64,000 nucleotides of DNA from Candidatus Omnitrophota bacterium. Lineage in GTDB: Bacteria; Omnitrophota; Gorgyraeia; 2-01-FULL-45-10. A program made the translations under genes and the position numbers. Under the pieces are notes generated by a model, which saw only the letters and a program-made list of their open reading frames with translations, had not been told where the DNA came from and ran no database searches. The DNA lies in contig JAUYPN010000014.1 of NCBI GenBank assembly GCA_030695725.1, positions 2,084-66,083 of the forward strand, given 5' to 3'. Positions 53,165 through 62,499 of the stretch are shown in pieces. Each line of letters begins with the position of its first letter. The stretch's first letter is position 1.

Positions 53165-53226
53165 GTCATTCCCGCGAAAGCGGGAATCTAGAATTATGTA
53201 TGGATGCCCGCTTCCGCGGGCATGAC
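53165..53226. repeat. Family B repeat pair (two short units in opposite orientation)
   Basis: GTCATTCCCGCGAAAGCGGGAATC at 53165-53188. GGATGCCCGCTTCCGCGGGCATGAC at 53202-53226. Confidence 0.85.
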
Positions 53227-53251
53227 ATGATTCGAATTTAGGATTTAAAGT

Positions 53252-54154
53252 ATGTACGACTTGATAATTATCGGTGCCGGCCCTGCGGGGATAACCGCTA
53301 CGGTATACGCCGCCAGAAAAAAGATGAATTTCCTGGTGATCTCCGGCGATATCGGCGGCCAGGCGGGATGGAGCGGGGATATAGAGAATTACACCGGTTA
53401 CCAGTTCATCACGGGCCCGGAGCTCGCGTCGAAGTTCGAAGAGCACATGCGTAAATATGGCATAGCTATGAAGGAAGGCGAGCTCGTGACGGATCTCAAG
53501 AGGGTCGACGACAGAGTCATTATAAAGACCGATAAGGCCCAGTATGAATCTAAGACCGCGATCGTCGCTTCTGGTAAGAGATCAAGAGAGCTGTCGGTTC
53601 CGGGAGAAAAAGAGTTTAAAAATAAAGGATTGACATACTGTGCCACATGCGATGGGCCGCTCTTCGCGGGCAAGGATGTGGCTGTGATAGGCGGCGGTAA
53701 CTCCGCTCTCGACGCCGTGCTCCAGTTAATTAAGATAGCCCATCGTATCTATCTTATCAACATGGTGTCGCATTTGACGGGCGACCCGGTCATGATAGAG
53801 AAAGTGCATGAAAGCGGTATAGTGACCGTAATGAACAACGCAAAGGTGCTCGAGATCACAGGCGACCAAATGGTGAGCGGTATCAAAGTAAGGTTCGATG
53901 GCGAAGATAAGGTGCTTTCGGTCGGGGGAATATTTGTGGAGATAGGACTTATGCCAAATTCCTATTTTGCGGCGACACTGGACAAGAACGCGCTCGGCGA
54001 GATAAAGGTGGATTGTCATAATCGTACCAATATTCCAGGGATATTTGCCGCCGGAGACGTTACGAATGTTCCCGAGAAACAGATAATAATAGCCGCAGGC
54101 GAAGGTTCGAAGGCAAGCCTTTCGGCGTTCAAATATTTGAATCAGCGTAGATGA
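53252..54154 (+). CDS. trxB: Thioredoxin reductase-like FAD-dependent disulfide oxidoreductase
   Basis: YDLIIIGAGPAGITA, redox-active CATCDG, VIGGGNSALD, GIFAAGDV. Confidence 0.85.
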   Translation: MYDLIIIGAGPAGITATVYAARKKMNFLVISGDIGGQAGWSGDIENYTGYQFITGPELASKFEEHMRKYGIAMKEGELVTDLKRVDDRVIIKTDKAQYESKTAIVASGKRSRELSVPGEKEFKNKGLTYCATCDGPLFAGKDVAVIGGGNSALDAVLQLIKIAHRIYLINMVSHLTGDPVMIEKVHESGIVTVMNNAKVLEITGDQMVSGIKVRFDGEDKVLSVGGIFVEIGLMPNSYFAATLDKNALGEIKVDCHNRTNIPGIFAAGDVTNVPEKQIIIAAGEGSKASLSAFKYLNQRR

Positions 54155-54167
54155 GCTTTAAGAGATC

Positions 54168-54788
54168 ATGACTCCCCGCAGAAAATTGCTCGAAGAATAT
54201 AAGCATAAGAAAGGTGACATCAGGAAACGCCTGCGTGAATTCAGAAAGATAGGTAAAGGCAGCGCCGAAGATATATTTACAGAGCTATGTTTCTGCATAC
54301 TGACGCCGCAATCCAATGCCCGCCAGTGCGATAAAGCTATTCAGGAACTTAAGAAGAAGAGGCTGCTTTTTAAAGCTCCGGCCGGATTGATATACCCTGT
54401 CTTAAAAGGCAGGTCGAGATTCCATAATAAGAAGGCCGAATATTTGGTGGAGGCGCGCCGGTCTTTTGACAGAAGCATCCTCTCTGATGGCAGTGTTCTC
54501 GATATGCGTGAAAAAATAGTAGAAGACGTAAAGGGCGTCGGATACAAAGAGGCAAGCCATTTTTTGAGAAATATCGGGCTAGGTAAAGATGTCGCCATAC
54601 TCGACAGGCATATACTGAAGAATTTAAAGAGATATGGTGTAATAGACAGGGTGCCGTCATCGATCTCAGTGAAATCTTACCTTAATATAGAGAAAGATGC
54701 GCGAGCCTTCGCGAAAAAAATAGGCATCGCCCTGGAAGAGCTGGATCTGTTATTCTGGTCTCGAGAGACCGGCGAGATATTCAAATGA
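54168..54788 (+). CDS. 8-oxoguanine DNA glycosylase/AP lyase, Ogg2 type
   Basis: LCFCILTPQSNARQCDKAI, GVGYKEASHFLRNIG (HhH-GPD with catalytic Lys), AILDRHIL. Confidence 0.8.
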   Translation: MTPRRKLLEEYKHKKGDIRKRLREFRKIGKGSAEDIFTELCFCILTPQSNARQCDKAIQELKKKRLLFKAPAGLIYPVLKGRSRFHNKKAEYLVEARRSFDRSILSDGSVLDMREKIVEDVKGVGYKEASHFLRNIGLGKDVAILDRHILKNLKRYGVIDRVPSSISVKSYLNIEKDARAFAKKIGIALEELDLLFWSRETGEIFK

Positions 54789-54810
54789 TTATTATTCTTG
54801 ATCCTTCGGC

Positions 54811-54852
54811 CCTTCGACTTTGCTCAGGGCCGTCCTGAGCTTTTGTCGAAGG
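54811..54852. repeat. Family A repeat, complete hairpin
   Basis: CCTTCGACTTTGCTCAGGG ccgt CCTGAGCTTTTGTCGAAGG. Confidence 0.85.
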
Positions 54853-54897
54853 ACGGCTTCGCTGGAGGGTCAAGCGTTGTACTTTTATAGAATCTGC

Positions 54898-54927
54898 TTG
54901 ACAGGAAATCCGTTAAGGGATTATAAT
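54898..54927 (+). promoter_or_regulatory. Promoter TTGACA-18-TATAAT
   Basis: TTGACA at 54898-54903 and TATAAT at 54922-54927, upstream of the lipoprotein gene. Confidence 0.55.
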
Positions 54928-54966
54928 CCAAAATCAGCGATTTCGCGCGAAAAAAAGGAGGAGTAG

Positions 54967-55431
54967 ATGAATAGAAGTTTGATGTTGGTTTTTGCAGCTG
55001 CTTTAATGATAGCGCCGCTTGCTGTAGTCGGCTGTAAGGGTAAAGTCGACAAGGAAGCCGAGATGGCCAAGCTTGAGACGACTGAGGCTTTTGCCCCTAT
55101 GGAAGATGTTGTGGTGACCCAGTCGCCTGTTACAGAATCTGTTCAAGCGCAATCCTCAAGCCAGGAAACGATTCCCCCGACCGCGATGGTGCCGCCTACG
55201 GACGAAACCGCGACAGCAGCCGGACGGGACTCGCTCGGCAGAAATAAGGATATACAGACCGCGCTTAAGGCCTCGGGTTTCTATGCCGGAAATATAGACG
55301 GTAAGATCGGCCCGAAGACGAAGAGAGCGATAGTGGAGTTCCAGAAGGCGAAGGGCCTGAAGGCGGACGGCAAGGTCGGCCCGAAAACATGGATGGAGCT
55401 CGAAAAGTATTTGACAACTCAGCAGCAGTAG
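54967..55431 (+). CDS. Lipoprotein with C-terminal peptidoglycan-binding (PG_binding_1) domain
   Basis: Lipobox LAVVGC. IQTALKASGFYAGNIDGKIGPKTKRAIVEFQKAKGLKADGKVGPKTW. Confidence 0.8.
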   Translation: MNRSLMLVFAAALMIAPLAVVGCKGKVDKEAEMAKLETTEAFAPMEDVVVTQSPVTESVQAQSSSQETIPPTAMVPPTDETATAAGRDSLGRNKDIQTALKASGFYAGNIDGKIGPKTKRAIVEFQKAKGLKADGKVGPKTWMELEKYLTTQQQ

Positions 55432-55433
55432 AA

Positions 55434-55479
55434 CCCTTCGGCAGCAGCTCAGGGTTCTATCCCGAGCTAAAGTCGAGGG
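55434..55479. repeat. Family A repeat variant
   Basis: CCCTTCGGCAGCAGCTCAGGG ttctat CCCGAGCTAAAGTCGAGGG, directly after the stop codon. Confidence 0.75.
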
Positions 55480-55501
55480 ATAGAAGGGGGCGCATTTTTT
55501 T

Positions 55502-55861
55502 ATGAGACTATTGAAATTGATCTCTTTTATTACCCTCATTACGGTCGTCTCGCTTTCGCTCACAGGATGCGGTGTCGCCAAGAATAAATACGAGGCTCTT
55601 CTTAACGAAAAGATAGCGCTTGAGGAGAAGCTGAATCTGCTCACCAAATCGAGAGACGCTCTAAGAAGCGAATACGAGAACATCTTGAAAGATAAGATGG
55701 ATCTGGCGTCTAAGGTAGATACGCTGGCGAACGAGAAGAACGCGCTCAAAGGCGAGTATGATAAACTTCTTGACGAGAAGGTTTCCCTGAAGGCAGCCTA
55801 TGACAAAGTCTCCTTGGTCAAAGAGGCGGCGCCGGCGCAGGCAAAGGCCGCAAAAAGATAA
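55502..55861 (+). CDS. Coiled-coil lipoprotein, unknown function
   Basis: Lipobox SLTGC followed by heptad-rich sequence with repeated ...EKxxLxxEYD... segments. Confidence 0.6.
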   Translation: MRLLKLISFITLITVVSLSLTGCGVAKNKYEALLNEKIALEEKLNLLTKSRDALRSEYENILKDKMDLASKVDTLANEKNALKGEYDKLLDEKVSLKAAYDKVSLVKEAAPAQAKAAKR

Positions 55862-55926
55862 GACATTGACATTTGTATCGTGATTGTGATAGCATACAAT
55901 CGGTAACGTTTACGAGGAGGTGTGGA

Positions 55927-56394
55927 ATGAAGAAGCATTTTGTGTGCATAACGGTCATCTTTGCGTTAATGACTTTATCGGCCATGTCGGCGTTCTCTCA
56001 AGGCCCAGAGTCTCCCGCCAAGGACAACACGGCCCCGTCTCAAGGGACGCAGGAAGCGGCGGTTCAGGCCCCCCAGGCCGTTCCGGCGGAAGCGGCTGCC
56101 AGGACGAATGAGCTCTCCATTTACGGCGAGGTTCAGGCCGTTAATGTACAGGGCGCCTCGATGTCAGTTCAGTATTATGACTATGACAATGACGAAGAGA
56201 AGACCCTGGAAGTCTCTCTCGATAAAGATTCTCGGCTGGAAAACGTGAAGGCGATCGGCGAAGTCAAGAAGGGCGATTGGGTGGATGTCACATACACCGT
56301 GGCCGGCGGCAGGAATATGGCCAAGTCGGTCAGCGTTGAGACCGAAGAGGTCGGCGCGGAAGAGAATGCTCCGGTAAATATCACTGACGAATAG
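55927..56394 (+). CDS. Secreted protein of unknown function
   Basis: Signal peptide MKKHFVCITVIFALMTLSAMSAFSQ. GAGGAGG RBS before ATG 55927. Confidence 0.6.
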   Translation: MKKHFVCITVIFALMTLSAMSAFSQGPESPAKDNTAPSQGTQEAAVQAPQAVPAEAAARTNELSIYGEVQAVNVQGASMSVQYYDYDNDEEKTLEVSLDKDSRLENVKAIGEVKKGDWVDVTYTVAGGRNMAKSVSVETEEVGAEENAPVNITDE

Positions 56395-56412
56395 CGCCAT
56401 AAGGAGGCCCTT

Positions 56413-57219
56413 TTGCGTACAAAGGAAAAAAAGCAATTCAGGTTTCCTCAGGGATATGGCGATCAAAAAATAGTCATATTGGTGCGCGATCCTTGGTGGA
56501 TATTCGCATACTGGGAGATACGCCGCGAAAGAGAAGAAGAGATAATAAGTAAGATAAAGAGCGCCGGCGACTCTCCCGTCAAGACGGTCCTGCGCGTCTA
56601 CGATGTTACCGACGTAAATTTCAATGGAAAGAACGCGCATTCCCATTTTGACATAGAGCTGAGGGGCCTTGCCGCCAACTGGTATATAAACGTCGGCTCT
56701 CCCGACAGGTCCTGGATAGTCGATATAGGCATAATCACAAAGAACGGCTCCTTCTACCTCCTCGCCAGATCCAATACGGTAAAGACTCCCAGATATGGCA
56801 TGTCCGACAAATTAGACGCCGAATGGATGATGCCGGAGGAAGACTACTGGAAGATGTTCGGGCTCTCCGGGGGCTTCGGCGTGGGCAAGGGTTCTCTGGA
56901 AGTGAGAGAGATGGTGAAGAAGAGGCTCGAAGAGCAGATCACCTCCGCGCAAATATCGAGCGGCGCCTCGTTTTACAGAAAAATGCAGGAGAGGAAATTC
57001 TGGCTGGTCGTTAATACGGAGCTTATAGTCTACGGAGCGACTGAGCCCGATGCTAAACTCACTGTGCAGGGAAAAGATGTAAAGCTCGAGCCGGATGGAA
57101 CATTCACGTTAAGGTTTTCTTTACCGGATGGTAAACAGGTTATACCGGTAGAAGCCGTCTCCTCGGATGGCATTGACCACCGCAAGATCACGCCGATAGT
57201 CACGAGAAAGACGGAATAG
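56413..57219 (+). CDS. DUF4912 domain protein (GH57-associated)
   Basis: LVRDPWWIFAYWEI...LRVYDVTD matches the DUF4912 signature. TTG start 6 nt after AAGGAGG. Lies directly upstream of the GH57 genes. Confidence 0.7.
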   Translation: MRTKEKKQFRFPQGYGDQKIVILVRDPWWIFAYWEIRREREEEIISKIKSAGDSPVKTVLRVYDVTDVNFNGKNAHSHFDIELRGLAANWYINVGSPDRSWIVDIGIITKNGSFYLLARSNTVKTPRYGMSDKLDAEWMMPEEDYWKMFGLSGGFGVGKGSLEVREMVKKRLEEQITSAQISSGASFYRKMQERKFWLVVNTELIVYGATEPDAKLTVQGKDVKLEPDGTFTLRFSLPDGKQVIPVEAVSSDGIDHRKITPIVTRKTE

Positions 57220-57225
57220 CCCATT

Positions 57226-58815
57226 ATGCCCAAAGGATATCTCTCGATAGTTCTTCACGCGCACCTTCCTTATATCCGCCACCCTGAACACGAAAATTTT
57301 CTTGAAGAGGACTGGTTCTTCGAAGCCATAACGGAAACATATATACCCCTGATAAGGGCTTTCGGCGCTCTCGTCAGGGATAACATAGATTTCAGACTCA
57401 CCATCTCGATATCCCCGACGCTTATGTCCATGTTCATGGACGAGCACCTCCAGGGTAAGTACATAAAACACATAGATAAACTCATAGAGCTCTCCTGTAA
57501 AGAGATAGAGCGCACCAAGTGGGATCCGGCCTTCAACAAGCTTGCGCACATGTACCACAACACCTTTATCGATTCGAAGCGCATATTCGTGGACGAATAT
57601 AAGAAGGACCTCAACCGGGCGTTCAAGCGTTTTCAGGACCTGGGAAGGCTCGAAGTCATCACATGCTGCGCGACGCACGGGTACCTGCCGCTGATGGAGG
57701 TTGAGAGGAAGGCTTCCGTAAGAGCTCAGGTAAAAGTGGCCGCCGACCTTTATCAAAAAGTTTACGGAAAGCGTACTTTAGGTATATGGCTGCCCGAGTG
57801 CGGATATAATCCGGGCGACGAGGAGATACTTAAAGAAGAGGGCATCAAATACTTTTTTGTGGATACCCACGGCATCCTCTTCGGCGCTCCGCGTCCGAGG
57901 TTCGGGGTCTTTAATCCGTATATGTGCAAGAACGGCGTCGCGGTGTACGGCCGTGATATGGAGACGTCGAAAGCCGTCTGGAGCGCCGTGGAGGGCTATC
58001 CCGGAGATTATGCCTACAGGGAATTTTACAGAGATATAGGTTTCGACCTGGAATATGAATATATAAAGCCGTATATAAACCCCGACGGTGTAAGAATAAA
58101 TACCGGCATAAAATATTACAGGATCACCGGCACGGGAGGCAATAAGGAGCCTTACGATCCGGATGCGGCGAGAGAGAAGGCCGCCTATCATGCGGGAAAT
58201 TTTATGTTCAACAGGGAGAAGCAGGTTGAGTTTTTGCAGGCCCAGATGGGCGGCAGGCTTCCGATATTAGTCTCTCCTTACGACGCCGAGCTTTACGGCC
58301 ATTGGTGGTACGAAGGCCCCGAATGGCTCGAGTTCCTTGTGCGCAAGATCAAGTATGACCAGAATACGCTCGCTCTTGCCACTCCGGGCGATTATCTTAA
58401 ACTCTATAAGAAGTTCCAGGTGCTCGCCCCGGCGTATTCGAGCTGGGGATGGAAGGGCTACTCCGAGGTGTGGCTTGAGGGCTCCAATGACTGGGTCTAT
58501 CGTCATGTCCATAAGATGACCGAAAGAATGGTGGAACTTGCCGGATCCTTCAAGAATGCCAAGGGGCTTTTGCGCCGCGCGCTGAATCAGATGGCCAGAG
58601 AGCTTCTTCTGGCGCAGTCGAGCGACTGGGCTTTCATAATGAAGACCGGCTCCCACGTGCCTTACGCGGTGGAACGGTTAAGGGAACATACCGAGCACTT
58701 CACTGAAATTTACGAAGAGATAAAAGAGGATTCCATTGATGAAGCGTATATCAAGGAATGTGAAGACAAATATAATATCTTTCCGGACATAGATTACTCC
58801 GTATACAGTCCTTAA
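57226..58815 (+). CDS. GH57 1,4-alpha-glucan branching enzyme
   Basis: GYLSIVLHAHLPYIRHPE, CCATHGYLPL, WLPECGY, SPYDAELYGHWWYEG. Confidence 0.85.
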   Translation: MPKGYLSIVLHAHLPYIRHPEHENFLEEDWFFEAITETYIPLIRAFGALVRDNIDFRLTISISPTLMSMFMDEHLQGKYIKHIDKLIELSCKEIERTKWDPAFNKLAHMYHNTFIDSKRIFVDEYKKDLNRAFKRFQDLGRLEVITCCATHGYLPLMEVERKASVRAQVKVAADLYQKVYGKRTLGIWLPECGYNPGDEEILKEEGIKYFFVDTHGILFGAPRPRFGVFNPYMCKNGVAVYGRDMETSKAVWSAVEGYPGDYAYREFYRDIGFDLEYEYIKPYINPDGVRINTGIKYYRITGTGGNKEPYDPDAAREKAAYHAGNFMFNREKQVEFLQAQMGGRLPILVSPYDAELYGHWWYEGPEWLEFLVRKIKYDQNTLALATPGDYLKLYKKFQVLAPAYSSWGWKGYSEVWLEGSNDWVYRHVHKMTERMVELAGSFKNAKGLLRRALNQMARELLLAQSSDWAFIMKTGSHVPYAVERLREHTEHFTEIYEEIKEDSIDEAYIKECEDKYNIFPDIDYSVYSP

Positions 58816-60486
58816 ATGATAACCCGCTTTAAAAAACTATCCATAGCTTTTCTCTGGCACATGCACCAACCGTGCTATAAAGACACCGTCACCGGCAAGT
58901 ATCTTCTGCCCTGGGTGCGTTTCCACGCCGTGAAGGACTATTTTCCCATGGCCGCTCTTCTTCAGGGATTCGACAACGTCAGAGCGACGTTCAACCTCGT
59001 CCCGTCCTTATTGGAACAGATAAACGACTACGCGCTCAATGGCGCGACCGATATATTTCTCGACCTGGCGGCAAAGAAGGCCTCATCGCTTACCCTCGAC
59101 GACAAATTGGATATACTGGAGAACTTTTTCAGGGTCAACTTCAAGCATTTTATAGAGCCCAATGAGCGCTATACCGAGCTTCTCATGAAGAAGGGCCCGT
59201 ATAATACTTCCGACAAGTCGTTAAAAAGAATAGTAAATAGCTTTTCGGATCAGGATATGCTGGACCTGCAGGTGCTCTTTAATCTCGTATGGTTCCACTC
59301 GATCAGCATAGACGAGGATATGAACTTAAAGGATCTGATACGTAAGGCATCCTCCTACACCGAAGAAGATAAGGAGTATGTGCTGCTGAAGCAAAAAGAG
59401 ATAATCTCCCAAGTCATACCTCTTTACAGAAAACTTCAGGATGCCGGACATATAGAGATATCGGCGGCTCCTTTTTATCACCCCATAACTCCGCTTCTTT
59501 GCGACACATCGATAGCCAGGATCTCGATGCCGGATATCGGCCTTCCAAAAAGAAGGTTCTCCCATCCCGAGGACGCCCGGTGGCATATCGGGGAGGCTAT
59601 TAAATATCACGAGGAGCAGTTTGGGTCCGCGCCTCGCGGCATGTGGCCTTCCGAGGGCAGCGTATCCGATGAAGCCCTGGAGATCATGGCTTCAAACGGC
59701 ATAAAGTGGGCCGCCACGGACGAAGATATACTCTTTAAAAGCTTAAGTTTGCAGGGCGCCAAACGTAGGCACGCTTCGCATCCGGACAGAAGGATCGTAT
59801 ACGAGCCGTATAAATTCAAAAAGGGCTCAAACTCCTTGTCGCTCATATTCAGGGACAAGAACCTGTCGGATATCATAAGCTTCAACTACAATTCGTGGGA
59901 TCAGAAAGCGGCAGCCGAAGATCTAATGGCGCACTTTAGAAGGATATCCGGGAATCTGAGGCGCGGGACAGACAGGCCGTTGGTCACGATAGCGATGGAC
60001 GGGGAGAACGCGTGGGAATTTTTTGCGGATAACGGCAGGACATTCTTTGAGGCTCTGTACGAAGATCTCGATGATGATGACGAATTAGAGGCCGTTACCA
60101 TCAGCGATCATCTGGGGCTGGGAGGCACCAGGCGCAAGACCCTCGATACCGTATTTCCCGCATCATGGATAAACCATGACTTTAAGGTATGGATAGGCGA
60201 GGAGCAGGACAACGTATCATGGGATTACCTGTCCGCGGTGAGGAAGGACCTCGTAAAATACACCAAAGAACTTGAGAAGGCCGGCGAGGGCAAGAGCGAA
60301 CATCTGCGCAAAGCCTGGAGAGAGTTTTACATAGCCGAAGGCAGCGACTGGAACTGGTGGTATAGCGGGAAGGCGCACATGGGATCCGACAATCCTTTTG
60401 ATAAATTGTACAGGATGCACCTGCAGAACGTATACAAATACCTCAAAAAGGGCGTCCCGGACTTTTTAAAGATTTCTATTGCGTAA
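58816..60486 (+). CDS. GH57 family glycoside hydrolase (amylase / glucanotransferase-like)
   Basis: FLWHMHQPCYKD, AAPFYHPITPLL, MWPSEGSVS, MDGENAWEF. Confidence 0.8.
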   Translation: MITRFKKLSIAFLWHMHQPCYKDTVTGKYLLPWVRFHAVKDYFPMAALLQGFDNVRATFNLVPSLLEQINDYALNGATDIFLDLAAKKASSLTLDDKLDILENFFRVNFKHFIEPNERYTELLMKKGPYNTSDKSLKRIVNSFSDQDMLDLQVLFNLVWFHSISIDEDMNLKDLIRKASSYTEEDKEYVLLKQKEIISQVIPLYRKLQDAGHIEISAAPFYHPITPLLCDTSIARISMPDIGLPKRRFSHPEDARWHIGEAIKYHEEQFGSAPRGMWPSEGSVSDEALEIMASNGIKWAATDEDILFKSLSLQGAKRRHASHPDRRIVYEPYKFKKGSNSLSLIFRDKNLSDIISFNYNSWDQKAAAEDLMAHFRRISGNLRRGTDRPLVTIAMDGENAWEFFADNGRTFFEALYEDLDDDDELEAVTISDHLGLGGTRRKTLDTVFPASWINHDFKVWIGEEQDNVSWDYLSAVRKDLVKYTKELEKAGEGKSEHLRKAWREFYIAEGSDWNWWYSGKAHMGSDNPFDKLYRMHLQNVYKYLKKGVPDFLKISIA

Positions 60487-60536
60487 TCTCTGGAAAGTTG
60501 TATAATGGACCCCATATGGAAAGGGGGGACGTAGTT

Positions 60537-60725
60537 ATGGCAAGGATATCAACCATAAAGCTTGGCAGATCTTCAAATCCATCCATGTCGACCGAAGATT
60601 TGAATAAGCTGGTAGCGAAGAAGGCGTACGAGCTTTACGAAAAGAGAGGCCGCAAATCGGGACATTCTCTAAATGACTGGTTAGAAGCGGAGAGGATCGT
60701 AAAGGGTAAGTTCTGCGGCAAATAG
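60537..60725 (+). CDS. DUF2934 domain protein
   Basis: AKKAYELYEKRGRKSGHSLNDWLEAERIV. Confidence 0.65.
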   Translation: MARISTIKLGRSSNPSMSTEDLNKLVAKKAYELYEKRGRKSGHSLNDWLEAERIVKGKFCGK

Positions 60726-60750
60726 GATTTTTCAGACCCGTTAAATTTAT

Positions 60751-60790
60751 AAAGGCAGGGTGTATTTCGCCCTGCCTTTCTTGTTCTTTA
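60751..60790 (+). terminator. Rho-independent terminator
   Basis: AAAGGCAGGG tgtatttcg CCCTGCCTTT followed by cttgttcttt. Confidence 0.75.
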
Positions 60791-60824
60791 TCCGGTTTCA
60801 TGATATAATAATAGGCTAATAATC

Positions 60825-61418
60825 ATGGATAATTTCCTGCTTTCATTCATACCCATATTCGTGGCGATGGACGCTATAGGGATACTTCCTATGTTCATCG
60901 GGTTCACCGAACATCTCAAAAAAAGAGAGAGACAGCGCACGATCATCCAGTCGATCATAACCGCTTTCATAATAGGTATAGTATTCCTCTTCCTGGGCAG
61001 ATGGATATTTAAGATACTCGGCGTGCAGGTATCGGACTTCAAGATAGCGGGCGGCGCGGTGCTCCTGGCAATATCATTAAGAGATATATTGCAGCATGAG
61101 AGGGCACGCAGGCTCCCGAGCGAGACGATGGGGGCCGTTCCTATCGGCACGCCCCTCGTGGTGGGCCCCGCCGTTCTTACCACCATAATTATACTGCTCG
61201 ATTCCTACGGCCCCTACATGACTGTGCTCTCCTTCGTAATAAATCTCATGTTCACCTGGATCGTATTTCATTACGCCGCGAATATATCCAACTTTCTGGG
61301 CAAGGCGGGCTCGAAGGCATTTTCGAAGATAGCGAGCCTTCTTTTGGCCGCCATAGCCGTTATGATGATGCGCAAAGGGATCATCGATACTATAGCGCTC
61401 TTCTCGGGGAAAGTTTAA
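60825..61418 (+). CDS. MarC family (UPF0056) integral membrane protein
   Basis: FIPIFVAMDAIGILPMFI, about 6 TM segments and the typical length. Confidence 0.8.
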   Translation: MDNFLLSFIPIFVAMDAIGILPMFIGFTEHLKKRERQRTIIQSIITAFIIGIVFLFLGRWIFKILGVQVSDFKIAGGAVLLAISLRDILQHERARRLPSETMGAVPIGTPLVVGPAVLTTIIILLDSYGPYMTVLSFVINLMFTWIVFHYAANISNFLGKAGSKAFSKIASLLLAAIAVMMMRKGIIDTIALFSGKV

Positions 61419-61443
61419 ACAAAAGAAAGGGAATAAGTCGAAA

Positions 61444-62064
61444 ATGACCTGGTTATTCATAAAAGGCGGCCCTGTAATGTATCCGATACTGTTGGCCTCG
61501 ATCCTGGGGCTTGCGGTAATAATAAAGAAGCTGTGGGAGCTATACAGCATGAGGCTCAATGTGCAGAAGTTCTCCAAAGAGATATTTGCGCTTCTTACGG
61601 TACATGAATTTGATAAAGCGTTAAAGCTTTGCGAGAAGAGATCGAAGCATCCGATAGCCGTACTCTTCAAGGCGGGTATAGAAAGACGCTCCCTGCCGGT
61701 AAGCGATCTTGAAAGGCTCCTGGAGAGGATGGGGGGCGGCGAGATGAACAGGATCGAGAAGCATATAGGGGGGCTCATATCGGTAATAGGCATAGAGCCG
61801 CTTCTCGGATTTTTGGGTACGATCACGGGCCTGATACGCGCCTTTATGGCCTGGGAACAGGCCGGCTCCAATATAACGGTATCGGCGCTCGCCTCCGGCA
61901 TTTACGAGGCTATGATAACGACCGCCGCCGGGCTTTCGGTAGCCGTGCCCTATTACCTCATCTGTAACTTCATAATCAGCAGGAATAAGTATATCTCATA
62001 TGAGCTCAGCAACTATTCGATGCAGTTAGTCGAGGTACTGCATACTCAAAAAGGCAAAACGTGA
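61444..62064 (+). CDS. MotA/TolQ/ExbB proton channel protein
   Basis: GGPVMYPILLASILGLAVII and a C-terminal GLLGTITGLIRAF...TTAAGLSVAVP. Confidence 0.85.
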   Translation: MTWLFIKGGPVMYPILLASILGLAVIIKKLWELYSMRLNVQKFSKEIFALLTVHEFDKALKLCEKRSKHPIAVLFKAGIERRSLPVSDLERLLERMGGGEMNRIEKHIGGLISVIGIEPLLGFLGTITGLIRAFMAWEQAGSNITVSALASGIYEAMITTAAGLSVAVPYYLICNFIISRNKYISYELSNYSMQLVEVLHTQKGKT

Positions 62065-62486
62065 TAAAGATACGACAGCAGAATAATTATCTCGTCGCTT
62101 TGGAGTCCGTGGCGATGACGGACATAGTGATGAATATGTTCATATTCTTCTTCATATCTTTCTCCATACTCTACACATTCAATCCCGCGAGAGTATCCAA
62201 GGTGGATGTGAGGCTGCCCAAGGCGTCGAGCGCGGTCTCCCTGGAGGGATCCGAAAAGACGATTCTCGCCATAACGAAGGACGGCGGGTATCTGATCAAT
62301 GACGAGAAGAAAGACGCCGGGAGCCTGAAAGAGTATCTGGCGGCAAGAGTTAAAGACGACCCTTCGATGAGCCTGCTGCTTAAGGTGGACAGCCGCACGA
62401 AGTTCTCAAATGTGGTGAACGTTCTCGATATTATAAACGAGCTGCATATAGAAAGAGTGAGCGTAGCTGCGATAAAGAAACAGTAA
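62061..62486 (+). CDS. ExbD/TolR biopolymer transport protein
   Basis: MTDIVMNMFIFFFISF...VDVRLPKAS...LLKVDSRTKFSNVVNVLD. ATGA-type overlap with the upstream gene. Confidence 0.85.
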   Translation: MIKIRQQNNYLVALESVAMTDIVMNMFIFFFISFSILYTFNPARVSKVDVRLPKASSAVSLEGSEKTILAITKDGGYLINDEKKDAGSLKEYLAARVKDDPSMSLLLKVDSRTKFSNVVNVLDIINELHIERVSVAAIKKQ

Positions 62487-62499
62487 TCGGAGGCACACA

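Noticed and set aside
31154-53226. Possibility that the recurring palindromic repeats form a CRISPR array.
   Set aside because: The copies are kilobases apart, occur in both orientations, belong to three different families and have no regular repeat-spacer periodicity. No cas genes were seen.
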